From Paraspadella gotoi (lineage: Eukaryota; Animalia; Chaetognatha), in assembly GCA_051294375.1 (NCBI GenBank), contig CM119263.1:25028688-25092495 (forward strand): a stretch of DNA of 63,808 bases, written 5' to 3'. The notes beneath the pieces are model-generated. The model saw only the letters and a program-made list of their open reading frames with translations. It was not told the DNA's origin and searched no databases. Shown here piece by piece: positions 19,901-31,264 of this stretch (the stretch's first letter is position 1; each line of letters begins with the position of its first letter). The position numbers were made by a program, and so were the translations under genes.

Positions 19901-22900
19901 GCCCTCCAATTTCTCGTAGTCAATAACGCCAAACTTGGAAACGTAACAAAGAGGCTTTTGTCTCGACTGGAAAACCTCGCAAGTCTTAATATTAACAACA
20001 CGGGAATCGAGTTTGTGGAGAAAGGGGCTTTTGCACAATGCCGCAGACTTCATCAGTTAAAGATGGGAGGAAATCGGTTGCGGGCCATCGATAGAGCCAC
20101 ATTTGAGGGATTGCATCAACTTATCTACGTGGATCTGAGCTTCAATGACTTGACGGAGCTTGGGCCCGACGCATTTTCCAGCTTGAGCCAAGTTAAGATG
20201 ATGAATCTTGGTTTTAATCGCCTTAACTTTATCGACCCTTCGGCCTTTGTCAAGACAATCGAAATTCAACACATAGATCTTGAAGCCAACAATCTGACTG
20301 AATTAAATCTCCCCCGACTGAGCTCGTTGAGGACGCTCATTCTGGACAACAACTCCTTCGTGATTCTCGATACGAAGTTGATGAAGAATCTAACGAGTCT
20401 TGAGAGAATTTCCATCTTGCACAACCCGCTGAAGAGAATTCCGGCGCCGTCCTTCATCTTCGCCCAGATCGTGGACATCAGTTTCGGGTGCTGCTCCGCG
20501 AGGTACGAAGAGAACGAGCGTCTTCAGTGTCACGACACGTCTATCAGGGTGGACAAGAACGCGCTGAAACTTTCTAACTTTTTCCAAGGGAATCGAATGA
20601 TGAGAAGGGTCAGGATATTGGGTTGTGTCGACGATTTTCACGCCGACCACTTGGTCATTGAAACGAATGAGTTCATCCTTCGCTGGAACAGTTGGCGAAC
20701 TTCTCTGGGGAACCTAGATTTGAAAAATGTAGGAGACAATGCTATATTTGACATAAGGAATAACGACATATACCGAATTAACAATAGACAGTTTCCCAAC
20801 ATGAAGGCAAAACTGCTCGATCTTTCACACAACCGCATAAGAGAAATAAATCCTAATGCCTTCGCCGATAGCAGCATAGAACACATTCGTTTGAATGGGA
20901 ACGAGCTCAAAACCCTTTCAATTATATTGAATTTGGAAAGTCCAGCCATTTTTCAGTCAATCGAATTACAAAATATGAGTTTGGAAAGTTTCTCACTCAC
21001 AGCGAAAGATGGAGCCTGTAAGCAATATTTGTCTCTGGATTTGAGCCATAATCAAATAGAAAATATGAATAGCATTCAACTGCAAGGATTCAAACATTTT
21101 AGTACAATAAATGTCAGCAACAATAGAGTTAAAACCTTTAATTCTGATGCTTCATTATTTGACATTGAAAGTATTGACAACTTTGACATTAGCAATAACT
21201 CGTTGAAAGTTTTACCAGAAGAGATACTGGATATGAAACATACATTTATCAAGGCTGATGGAAACGAATGGGATTGCTCCAAGTGTATTAATGTGTACCT
21301 ATTCGCTCATGCAAAAAAATACATGGACATTCAAGGCATGACATGTTACAACAATGTTCCTTTCAGTTTGAATGCGACACTCAACCAGTGTTTGATTGAA
21401 GAGATATACATTCCTTACCCAATTGTTTCGATTGTTTTTTTAACAATCCTAATGAAAGTAATCCATTCCATAAACATATTGCGATTAATGAGAAAATACA
21501 ATGCGTACCAAAAACTTTGCTTGAATAGTTTGAGCGCGAGAAAGAAATTTGTAGGAAAATCAAAGCTACAGCAAAAATTAAATCATAATAATATTTTAGT
21601 CTTGTATGGATTTGCTACCGAATTAAATCTCAAAACATTTTTTTTGTCGGGTTATTTGTTCACAGAAACGCCATACAGCAGCCTTCAAGAAGCGTTGAAT
21701 ATGTTCAATGACAAACAAATTATCTTGGACAGGGAAGATCTTTGTAAGCAACTTTTAAAAGCTATTGATTACCTTCATTCCTCATCACCTCCAGTCTACC
21801 ATTTGGGGCTATGTTTTGAATCTCTCCATTTGGCAGGAAAGGCCTCCGATTGGACTTTGAAGCTGAGCAATTTTTCAACTGCCCAAGTACCCGGGTCATT
21901 TGACCAGTGCTATGCGCTCCGCGATCTCCACGACGCCGCGGATCTTATTTCTTTGATGATGCAGCCTTCGACGATCGAATTCAAGGTCCTCGCCTCCGCT
22001 CTGCGCCATGGGCTCTTTGCTGCAAAGGCCCTGACGTCGCCCGCCTTCGTTCCCATCAGCACTCGCATATCAATGATACAACAGATGAGCGAAACCCTCA
22101 AGCGCTGGAACAAATTAACGCCCAATGCGCAGGCGCGGATCCCCGGATTCCAAATGGTGGAAGTCAACTCGAGCCTAGTCATAGGAGGTCGTGGCTCCTG
22201 GAACAAACTCTTTGCTCGTGAAATCATGGAAGAGTTTGGCTTTAATCACAAGGGCTATAGGACGACCAAGTTCATCGACTTGATTCGCTTCGTGCGTAAC
22301 ATCATTGCTCACGCCCAGGATCACCCGGACCTTATGTTGAGCGCCTTGGGCGCATCGACTCCCACCGACGACCAGTTTTATTCATTCTTCTCGAATTTGT
22401 TTCCTTACTTTTATCTTCACGCTATGCGCATTCACGAAAAAATTGAAAATACTAGCGGGTTTGACGATGACATCTACTTTTGCGAGTATGGGGAGCACGA
22501 GAATTCGGCTAACGTGGCAGGGCTGGCGGACGGATCGGTACTCAGGCTGGACGATGAAAGCCACGTCCATGTGACCTTTTCGTATTTCGACCCGGACGCC
22601 ATGTACTCGGTCTCAATTGCCAAAACGTTAAGTTTTCATGAGGGAGAACCGAGGTCGAGGGTGGACGGATCTGACGTCGTTAAAGAAATCATGGCTGACG
22701 TGAACACAATTTGGCCCCAAACGATCGACGAAGGCCTCGACGGCATCATCGCCAAGAATCACCTTGGAGACAACATTTTCGTCAAAGGGGCTACCAAACA
22801 AAACGCGGGAGTATTGGAAGGGAGCACCGTTGAGATTTCCAAGATGCAATGCCTCGTCCACTCGCCCTCGGTACCGAGAGGGTCCGGCTTTAAGTTTATC

Positions 22901-23095
22901 TGGGACTATCATTCCAAGAGCAACGTGGAAGCTTTAAAGGGGAAGGTCATTCTGCGACTTCGCGAAGTGGGGCATGGAGCGGTTCGTAAGGAGCAAATCT
23001 CCGTCTATCGAAACGGAAAGAAACTCGCGGCATCCGACAACATTCTCAAATTGGATTTTTCTGGCTGTCCGTTTATTGTGGAGTGCGGATCTTAA
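16937..23095 (+). CDS. LRR-ectodomain, single-TM receptor with cytoplasmic pseudokinase + KEN (IRE1/RNase L-like) RNase domain and C-terminal ubiquitin-like region (2 exons, ~1340 aa)
   Basis: Exon 1 is 16937 (or 16967)-17514 (AAAG|GTGAGT) and exon 2 is 19630-23095 (TTTTTAG|G); they join in phase (MK-R-LGKLYLWGN). Signal-like MSKLIYKLVFQLALIGLAQSVC; many LxxLxLxxNxL repeats; LRRCT-like GNEWDCSKC; TM IYIPYPIVSIVFLTIL (~21404-21465); kinase remnants HNNILVLYG, KQLLKAIDYLHS, LKLSNFS; KEN motif YRTTKFIDLIRFVRNIIAH...FYSFFSNLFP. Confidence 0.85.
17980..18325. mobile_element. Palindromic (inverted-repeat) element with a hammerhead-ribozyme-like motif in each arm; Penelope-like pseudo-LTR remnant
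   Basis: Left and right arms of ~170 bp are reverse complements. The right arm has GACG-CTGAAGA-AGGC..TCC-GAAAC-ATGTA-CGTT (18234-18275) followed by AATAAA; the left arm has the mirror copy with GAAA mutated to AAAA. Confidence 0.7.
18846..19097 (+). repeat. Dispersed GC-rich multi-hairpin repeat, copy 2 (inside the hAT element)
   Basis: Six local hairpins, e.g. GATGCCC..GGGCATC, CAGTGAC..GTCACTG, GGCGGT..ACCGCC; flanking AGTATT direct repeat. Confidence 0.75.
19180..19219 (+). ncRNA. Minimal type I hammerhead ribozyme motif
   Basis: GCA-CTGATGA-A-GGCTT(GAATGA)AAGCC-GAAAC-TT-GTC-TGT: intact CUGAUGA and GAAA core, stem II, GUC cleavage triplet at 19214-19216 and a short stem I. Followed by AATAAA and flanked by the inverted repeat AAATTAAAGACAAA/TTTGTCTTTAATTT. 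Confidence 0.65.
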
Positions 23096-24825
23096 ATTTT
23101 TCGTAAAATGTTTAAAAGATTTAGAAGAATTTTTATAAAAAATCCCCAATACCATAGCCATAGGTGATTTTTTAACTAAATTTTTTTTTTGGATAGAGCT
23201 CGATCCAGTTTTTGTTTAACACGGATATAAACCTTTTTGATTAAAAATATTTTATTTCATTTCTTAATCTATTTCAATAATCTATTTCAATAAATCAGGA
23301 TTGAGACAAAAAATAAAAAAGATTCTAAGCTTATTAAAAAAAAATTATTAACAATAATGATAATAATAACAATAATATAAATAACTAAAAAAATTAATAT
23401 TATTAAAAAAGAAGATTTTGGTTCAGTTCCCACCTCAAAACTTTTTTTTAAAACAAAATAATTTAGTCTAATTTTAGAGGATCACCATTTTGTGATGGCT
23501 CGGCTATATCTGGATATTGGGATTAAAGAGCCAAAATCCATGAAGGGTGATGACCTCAAAAATTATTTTGAACATATATAAAAATATTAAAAAATAAATA
23601 ATAAATGTATTCTATTTAAAATATAAGAAAAACAAATAAAAGTCTATTAAATTTACATCTAATATGTAAGGACGCCCCTTTCTTTAAACAGCTTTCCCCA
23701 GTATGTATCCCTATAAGAACATACAATTCTACTTTGTTGTCTTAACCCTCAATAATAACGAATCATAAATAACCTTTATCCCATAACAAATTATCCTCTC
23801 CACCCCTTTCTGTTCAGACTTTTAGATATTTTGAAATTTTCAATAAATGACTTCTTTACAAGAATCAGAAAACTAGGGCGGAAAGTATCTTTTAACTTTG
23901 TGTTGTATAGATGCTTCCTCTATTTCCAGAAGACAACATTAACGTCCCTCTCTCCCTTACATTATATTTATAAAAGAATATACTTTAGATAGAGAATATA
24001 ATTAAATCTAATATATAATGAAATTTATTAATTTTTTTCATTTTAAATTTAATACAAAAATTTAGTAAAGTAATCTTGCAATTTTTCATAGTCATAGGCT
24101 ATGCTCTCCTTTTATTCCAGTTTGCTTCGGTTTGAGCAAAGTTTCAAATTTTTTATAATAGAATTTCTGCATGCTAATTAATCTATGATCGTGCATATTT
24201 TCTGGTGGGTATTTATATCTAACCGATTTTTTAACCTGATTTTTAAATTTTGCTTTATTTTACAGTAAAATTTTCTATCATTTATATTATAAGTAATTAG
24301 TTGCACTAATGTATGCCTATTCGGTTTTAGTTTTTTTAAATTTAATTTTTACTTAGACCGTTAACATTAATTGATAATAATAATATAAATATTACTTTAG
24401 ATTAATTTTGAATTCTCCCGGCACTTCAGCTGCACCAGATGCCGCAGCTGCGGATTCTATTCTATTCAGAACTAACTCAGTCAAAACAAAATACAGTCCA
24501 GAACCAGAGCGTGATAAGCAGCCAACCGTTTCTTTGTGCAATTAATATTATAATTATATGTTAACTGCCAATGACTCGAATATTTTTAATTCATGTTTTT
24601 CTCTTTTCCCTTACAAAAAAAAGGGAAAAAATCATGTCAAAGCTGTTAGGGGGAAATTACGGTTAAAAATAATAACATAAAAACCGTAAAAATCTGGGGC
24701 TTCTCGTTGTTCATGGAAAAACTTTTTTTTTAAAAAAAGCGGTTGTAACCAAAGATTTAAGATTACAAACTTTTTAACCAAGACCACGGAACTACTCAAC
24801 CCTCTCCGTTCAAACGTAAATCACG

Positions 24826-26913
24826 ATGGGCGTATGCGGCCTTTTCGAATATTGCGAGCTTCACCGGAGGGAAGTTTCCACGCGAGTCGATCTGCTTGAC
24901 CTCCAGCGACCGTTCAAGCACCGACCCGTGGAACTTCTGGTCGACTTGAAAGATTTCGAGACGTTCGTCGTCGACAGCGTCATCGATCGCGCGACTCTCG
25001 TGGAATCGAACGAAGAGAACGATAGAATGATCAGTTGTGGCGGCGACTACGACAAATACGATTCATTTGTGCAGGTATACTTTTTATTGAAATTCTTGGG
25101 AAGTTAAAAAATTGGTTTTCCTCGTCCCCCCCCCGGAAAAAAAAAAATAACGGCAACTAATTTGTAGGGCTTCATTTCCACCCTAAAAAAACTGAAAATT
25201 CAACTGCGCTTTTACGCGACAAAAACGCTCATTGACGAAGAAATCCCTGGCCGCGTCCTTGATCGTTGTACTGCGCGTACATCAAAGCGTTGTGCCTTCA
25301 TAGAGGGCGTTCGGCAGTGGCTCGAAAATCCCGGATCCGAGGAGGAAAACGATTGGCGTCCCTCGAAATGCCTTCGATCTCCGCTCCTACGAACGCAGGT
25401 GTTAAAATCAATCCAAGAAGCCGGCGCCGTGGTCGTCGTTAATGTAGTCAAAGAGACGACGTCGTTGGCGACTGAATTAAGTCGGAGACGCGACGCGTTG
25501 GCCATACTCGCTCGCGCCGAAGACAACGCCATAGTAAAAGGCTCTAGGTTCATCCCTTTCGCCTGGTTCGACGTCAGGGACGATCTTGGAATCCGAACAA
25601 AGAAATTCGCCTCTCTCCAGGTCCTTTTAAGTATTTGAGAAATATTCATACAATCATTCTTTCCGTATAACTTGATGGTTTAGGCATAGTAAACATACTA
25701 AACATACCACAGGCATTCAATCCTGGACCACATAAACTTTTTTGTGACGTGATCACTCCGGAAAAGTTGGCTTTTAGCATGGGTCTTTCTAATCCACAAC
25801 TTCTCGCCGAAGTCGCCATCTTAAAGGGAAACAATTTTACCCACAAAATAATGCGCAACGTCCGTCTCCGGTGAGGCCTGACGTAAATAGGCAGTCATAT
25901 TAATTTATCCTACATATTTAATTTTTTAATAATAACCCTGCACCAGAGATAAGCTTCGACTCCCCAGGACACACTGGATAGAGGACTTCGCGGCTTGGGT
26001 GGCGCGACATGGAGAGATCGAGTCCAACGCGTTTCTGTATCACCTTATGAGAACCGACTTAGACTTTCGCGAGGCTGTGTCGGCGTCGCGGCGTCTTTAT
26101 TGGGCGTCGGCGTCGTCTTTTTTCCAACTCCCGTCAACGGATACGCAACTACGAGACGCTATCGACCGTCGTGTCAATGCTGTTTCCGGCGCCTTTTACG
26201 TGAGATTCCCTCCTGATTTTCTTGCAATGCATCACGGCCTCTATCGACCGATCGGATGTACTCTGTACGGAGAAAAGGACTCTTCTGGTGGCATAATCGT
26301 CGAACAAACGACGTCGGTCGTTCGTCGCCTTCGTAGCCTCCTCTACGACGTCTTGGTCCCGAGCGGACAGACAACTCGCGAGATCTTCGACCGACCCGAC
26401 GCCGACGGGGTCGTGATCGAAGACGTAAAAGCAGCCGGGATCTTGGAGTCTCTCGTTAATTTGAGTCTAAAGTCGAAGCCTGATAGGACAAATGAGTTAA
26501 CGAGGGCCTTGAAGTACGCCGCGGACGTTGTAGGCGACGAAAAATCCGCTAATGATTTTCTTCAAAGGTTTGGATTAAGAAAGTTATGTCTCTTGTGGTT
26601 GTTCCGATTCTCCGCTCAAGGATTCTTTCTCGAAAACTCCGAACGATACGCCGTTTACGAATCGATGACCGGCGATCATCTTTACGAAACCGCACACGCA
26701 CCTCGTCCTTCGTTTAGATGCTGGTCTGTCTTCAATCTCCTACAAGTTGTTTACCTCCATTTGTGGTGGCTGACTCTCGCTCTCGAACTCGACGATCTCC
26801 CTCAACCGGCCGACATTTTTAACGGACAATCTTTTGTCCATTTGTTTATGCTTAACGATTACGACCGGAGTAAACTTGAAAGTCAGGCTTTATTTAAGGC
26901 TACAGTGGCATGA
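24826..26913 (+). CDS. Asteroid (ASTE1)/FAM120-like XPG-type PIN-fold protein (4 exons, ~608 aa)
   Basis: Exons 24826-25074, 25168-25620, 25713-25870, 25947-26913 are in phase. N-terminal MGVCGL, LLVD, CGGDYDKYDSFVQGFISTL (Asteroid-type GGDYD motif), H3TH-like LAEVAILKGNNF, C-terminal QPADIFNG typical of this family. Confidence 0.75.
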
Positions 26914-28046
26914 TTTTTTCTAAAAAATTATTTTACCGTGAAAATTCCTTATCTTTGTTAATACTATTTAAAATTAAATATAGTTACTGTCGCTGTTGAA
27001 ATAAAAGAGTTAATTTCATTGTCAAATATAATTTTTTAAAGGTTTTTAATACGTTCATTAGGGTCTTTCCTCGGATTAAATATAAAGATTTATCCTCAAG
27101 TATAAAGTGCTTACAATTAGTATTCTCAAGAGATTTTTGGAAACATTTTAAATATCAATTACCATTTCTGTAGCATGGAAAATCTTTTCAAGATATTAAC
27201 CAGTCTTTTGTCTTAGAACGGATTTGAGTCACTTTTCCTTGGCAACTCGGAAAGAAGATTGATCCCTATTGAATGTTAGGCATTTTTTTGTGGCTGTACA
27301 GTGTACAATAGTGATGAGAAAATGATAAAATTTTAGAAAATTAAAATTTAACATATAGAATATGAAAACAAAAACCAATAAAAATACTTAGGTAAATTTA
27401 TTTTTTAATTTTATACAATATAATAATAAGTATATAATAGTAAAATTTCAAAATGTAAATTTTGAAATTTTAAGATCGGATTTGGATTCCTTGCAAAAAG
27501 TTGATATAAGAAAATATAATTCTTTTTTTAAAATTATTTTATTAAGTTGGTCAAAAATTAAAAAAATTATATTTAAATACTAATTTTTAATTTCCAGCTT
27601 AAAAATATAATTTTTTATAATTTTAACCTACTTAATAATATAATTTTTAAAAAAGATTTATATTTTCTTTTATCAACTTTTAACGAGAAATCTGAATCAG
27701 TTCTCAGAATTTAAAAAAAACATTTTAAAATTTTAACATTATATAAGGGTAGTACTATATACAAAATAAGCTGACTGGCTGACTGACTTGGAAAAAAAAA
27801 AAACTTCAAATTAATATTTATTATTTTTCAAGATATAACTGCTAAATTTTGATTCCAAACTTTCACTTCACCCTAGTGTACAATGAATGAGGCGAAGCAT
27901 TGTCCTCCAACAAATGCATGAATCTTTTCAGGTCTTTTCTTTTATAAAACACGAGTTTTTTATGTGAATCACTGAATGCCATAAATTAACAAAAGTAGTC
28001 ATTAAATCATGTAAAAGGTGAAGCCAAACAAAGAAATTAACAACTA

Positions 28047-31000
28047 TCAGTATTTCCAAAGAGATACTTTGTCCATAAACGTCCTAATCCGTTGTAAGTC
28101 TAAAGCATTACTCCATATTCCTCCGTTCTTGAAATGCGAGCCAACGATCAACGCGGAAGCTTCTTTGAAAAAATTTACGTTTTGCTCTGAGACCCCAGAT
28201 CCGATCATAATATTAGTACCGGAAGGCAGCTTTTGTTTTAAATCCTGAAAAAAAAAGGGCTCGAAAAATGGGTTCGATTCTTGGCCGATGCATTCACTTT
28301 TATCATTTTGATCCCTTTCACTTTTATACTTATGAAGTTGGTACTATTAGTTTTTGTTAATTTTTTGGGTCTAAAATATTTCCAAACGAAATCATATATG
28401 CAAAATTAATTACCTGAAATACTTGGGGGTTTACAGGGTCTCCTGTTTGACTTCCAGTAATAATGACGCCATCGCTGAGAAAAAACAAGGCAGCTTTCGA
28501 GGCTTCCTCCAAGGAGATGTCGCCAGTTATAGAGTGAGAACTTGAAATATTTAAAAACTATTGTTAATATTTTTACTGTATTAAATTACTGAAATATTCG
28601 TTTCGCTTTATGCCATAAGATCAGAAATGATTGGAGTGGATAATAGGCCGGAACAGGTTGAAAACTAAAAGTTCTTTCAAATAATTAATGGTTGAGTGAC
28701 TGTTAAAGAATATAAAAATAAAAATAATTTTTAAAATTTATCTTATTGATTAACGCACAGAAGCATTTAAAAATTATTTTACTATATAAAGTTTAAAATT
28801 GTTTTTAATTTTTCAATTTTTTTAAATAGATTCTGGTAGAGCTTTAAAAGTTAGATAAAGCTTAATAATATAACTTTTTAAAATTGTTTTGTTTTACTGA
28901 TAAAAATTAAAAAAAAAACCATAGAATTCAGCCGATGATTTTTTAAGGTTTTTTTAAGTTTTAACCAATTTATTGTCAAAATTTTAAAAAATTGTAGTAC
29001 TAACTTTCATTTAACTTTTCCAGCTCTATAAGAATCCGTTTTTAAAAAATAAAATAAAAAAAAAAATTTTGTCTTTTATTATTTATTAATAAATATATTC
29101 AAAAGCTTCAGTGCAACAATCAAATAAACTAATTGAAAATAGAATTAATAATAAAAAAAAACAACAATTTTTTTGAGAGAACTAGAAGTTATAAAAAGTG
29201 TTCAATTTTGGCCCACCTTAGTGGATAAGACTTCATTCTACAAAATTTCATACAAGAGTAAAATATTATAATAATGTTATTATTAAAAAAACATCGATTT
29301 GGGATACATTTCATACACACATATAATTTCATTAAACCATGCATTCAAACCATTTGGCTGGTTCATTTTTCAAGGCCAGAAAAATTATATCCAGAATCGA
29401 TGTTTTTTTTTAATTCAAACTTAGTGCAAGCGATGACATTGTTATTATCTTGAAAGAGGGATGGAGGCCTTAACCCACCATAGCCCGTTTAAAGCTTGCT
29501 TAATGTTTATTAAATGAATAATTTTATAGGAGTAAAACCTTTTTTACCTATGCTTTTTCTTTATATCTGTAAATACTTTGATGTGCTCAGCACCAATGTT
29601 CTTTCTATATCTGAGCAAAGGTCCGGCACATCCATCGATGAATCCTTCGTCGGCAATGTGACTAAAAACAAATCCCTCTAAAACCCAACCCAAGAAATAT
29701 AAAAATAGGATTTGCTAATTTCATATGTTACATTTCATATGTTCACTTTTACCAGCTCTTATAAAATCAAGATCGGCCGCAAGCGCTACTGCTAATGCTT
29801 CTCGATTAGCCCCGGCTAATATTTGAATCCCGATAGGCAAGTATGGAACCGTTCTTCGCACTTCCTTTGCGATGGTTGACATGGAAGCAATTATTTCCGG
29901 TCCTAAAGAAAATGGAATACTGGTAATGTATATAATTATTAAGTCAATGATTGCGTTTACTTCGTGAAATTTTCTTACCAATATACCGAGCTTTATTATA
30001 AGGTATGTCATGCATGTTTTCTAGAATAATACCATCTAATTTGTGGTCACGAAATGTTTCCGCCTCTTCACAAGCATTATCTAAAAAAAATCATAAAATA
30101 AATAAAATCACAATGCTATTAGTTTAAAAGCTTATTTTTACATTTGCTGACTGGGATTTTGTGGTCGGTTATTTTTTTTCGCTTCTTATGAGCGACGTAT
30201 AGATATCTACGCAAAAATAAAAGGATACTGGTAAGGGTATTGTTTTATTACAAATCCCTAACTACCCCTAACCACCCCTAATCCTTAACCAACCATAACC
30301 CAATTGCTAACAAAAAAAAAATATAACAAAAATATTGTTTTTATCTCGTCAAACGGGCGAATGCCCGACTTGGGCGAGATGTTAATTAGTTTGCTTCTTT
30401 TGACCGTTTTCATTATTATCGTCGTCATCACGCTGTTTTAACATTTAAAATAGCTCAAGTGTGTAACCATAGGAAGCTTCAAATCAGCAAGATCTTTTCG
30501 ATTCAGATGTTTTATATTTTTCCATTCATTTGTTTTTTTTTTTTACAAAACACTTTATATATATATATATATATATATAGACGAGTTAACGTCTGGCGAG
30601 ATCACTATACTTTTAAGATTTTTCCTTTCCTTTGTTTGTTTACGTACAGCGAGTTTTATTAAGAAACATAAATTTCGGACATGTTTCGGCTTCAATGAAA
30701 ACTTTTATCAGAGCAAAAACGAATTGATTTGTGAAAATAATATTTTTACAGATTTTGAAGATTGAAGAGAAAGAGAGAGAGAGAGAGAAAGAAAGAGTTT
30801 GTGAAAATATTTGTTTTACAAATCAATTCATTTTTGCGCTGATGACGGCTTATATTGAGGCTGAACATGTCCGAAATTTGTCTCTTTATAAAAATCGTAC
30901 GTAAATAATTCATTTTTTACTTAAAACATAAAAATAGCAATTAAAATAAATCTAAAACTATTATTATTTATCTTAAAATGTATATTACTAAACAAAAAAA

Positions 31001-31264
31001 TGTATATTATTGCTCAAACCGAGACACGACGCTAGAGGGATAACAAAATGAAATGGATTAACAAAGCACCGACCGTTGGTACCTAAGGTTGGTTGCGGTC
31101 GTCGAATAGTAAAGTTACCCAGTTTAATTTTTTTAGTGAAGCAGAAGCTTACCGATTAGCTCCATAATGGATTTCCTATGCCGTGGTACTCCTGGTAAGG
31201 GTCCAATATGGACCATGCCCAAAATCGAAGCAAACTTTCCATTAGAAAGATTTCTCAAACTCAT
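28047..31264 (-). CDS. BtpA/SgcQ family TIM-barrel protein (6 exons)
   Basis: Exons 31264-31153, 30080-29979, 29902-29753, 29677-29548, 28540-28414, 28244-28047. Family motifs: ILGMVHIGPLPG, DGIILENMHDIPY, PIGIQILAGANREALAVA, DFIRAEGFVFSHIADEG, VFTDIKKKHSSH, DGVIITGSQTG, IGSGV, ALIVGSHFK. Confidence 0.92.
30639..30906. mobile_element. Palindromic element with degenerate hammerhead motifs in both arms (BtpA intron 1)
   Basis: Arms are reverse complements around a (GA)n centre; + arm CTGATGACGGCTTATATTGAGGCTGAACATGTC, - arm CTGATAA...AAGCCGAAACATGTC. Confidence 0.65.
31021..31121 (+). repeat. ~100-bp dispersed repeat, copy 2 (BtpA intron 1)
   Basis: Collinear with 2368-2469. Confidence 0.7.

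Noticed and set aside
21470-22440. TIR domain (i.e. an ordinary Toll-like receptor) or the canonical IRE1 ortholog
   Set aside because: No TIR box motifs are seen; the ectodomain is LRR rather than the IRE1 luminal domain and the kinase catalytic motifs are absent.
30255-30302. Telomere-like CCCTAA repeats
   Set aside because: Few, degenerate and interstitial; more likely the internal repeat of a small transposon.
28047-31264. BtpA gene as bacterial contamination or recent horizontal transfer
   Set aside because: It has five spliceosomal introns and host-like composition; BtpA-family genes are known in several animal lineages.
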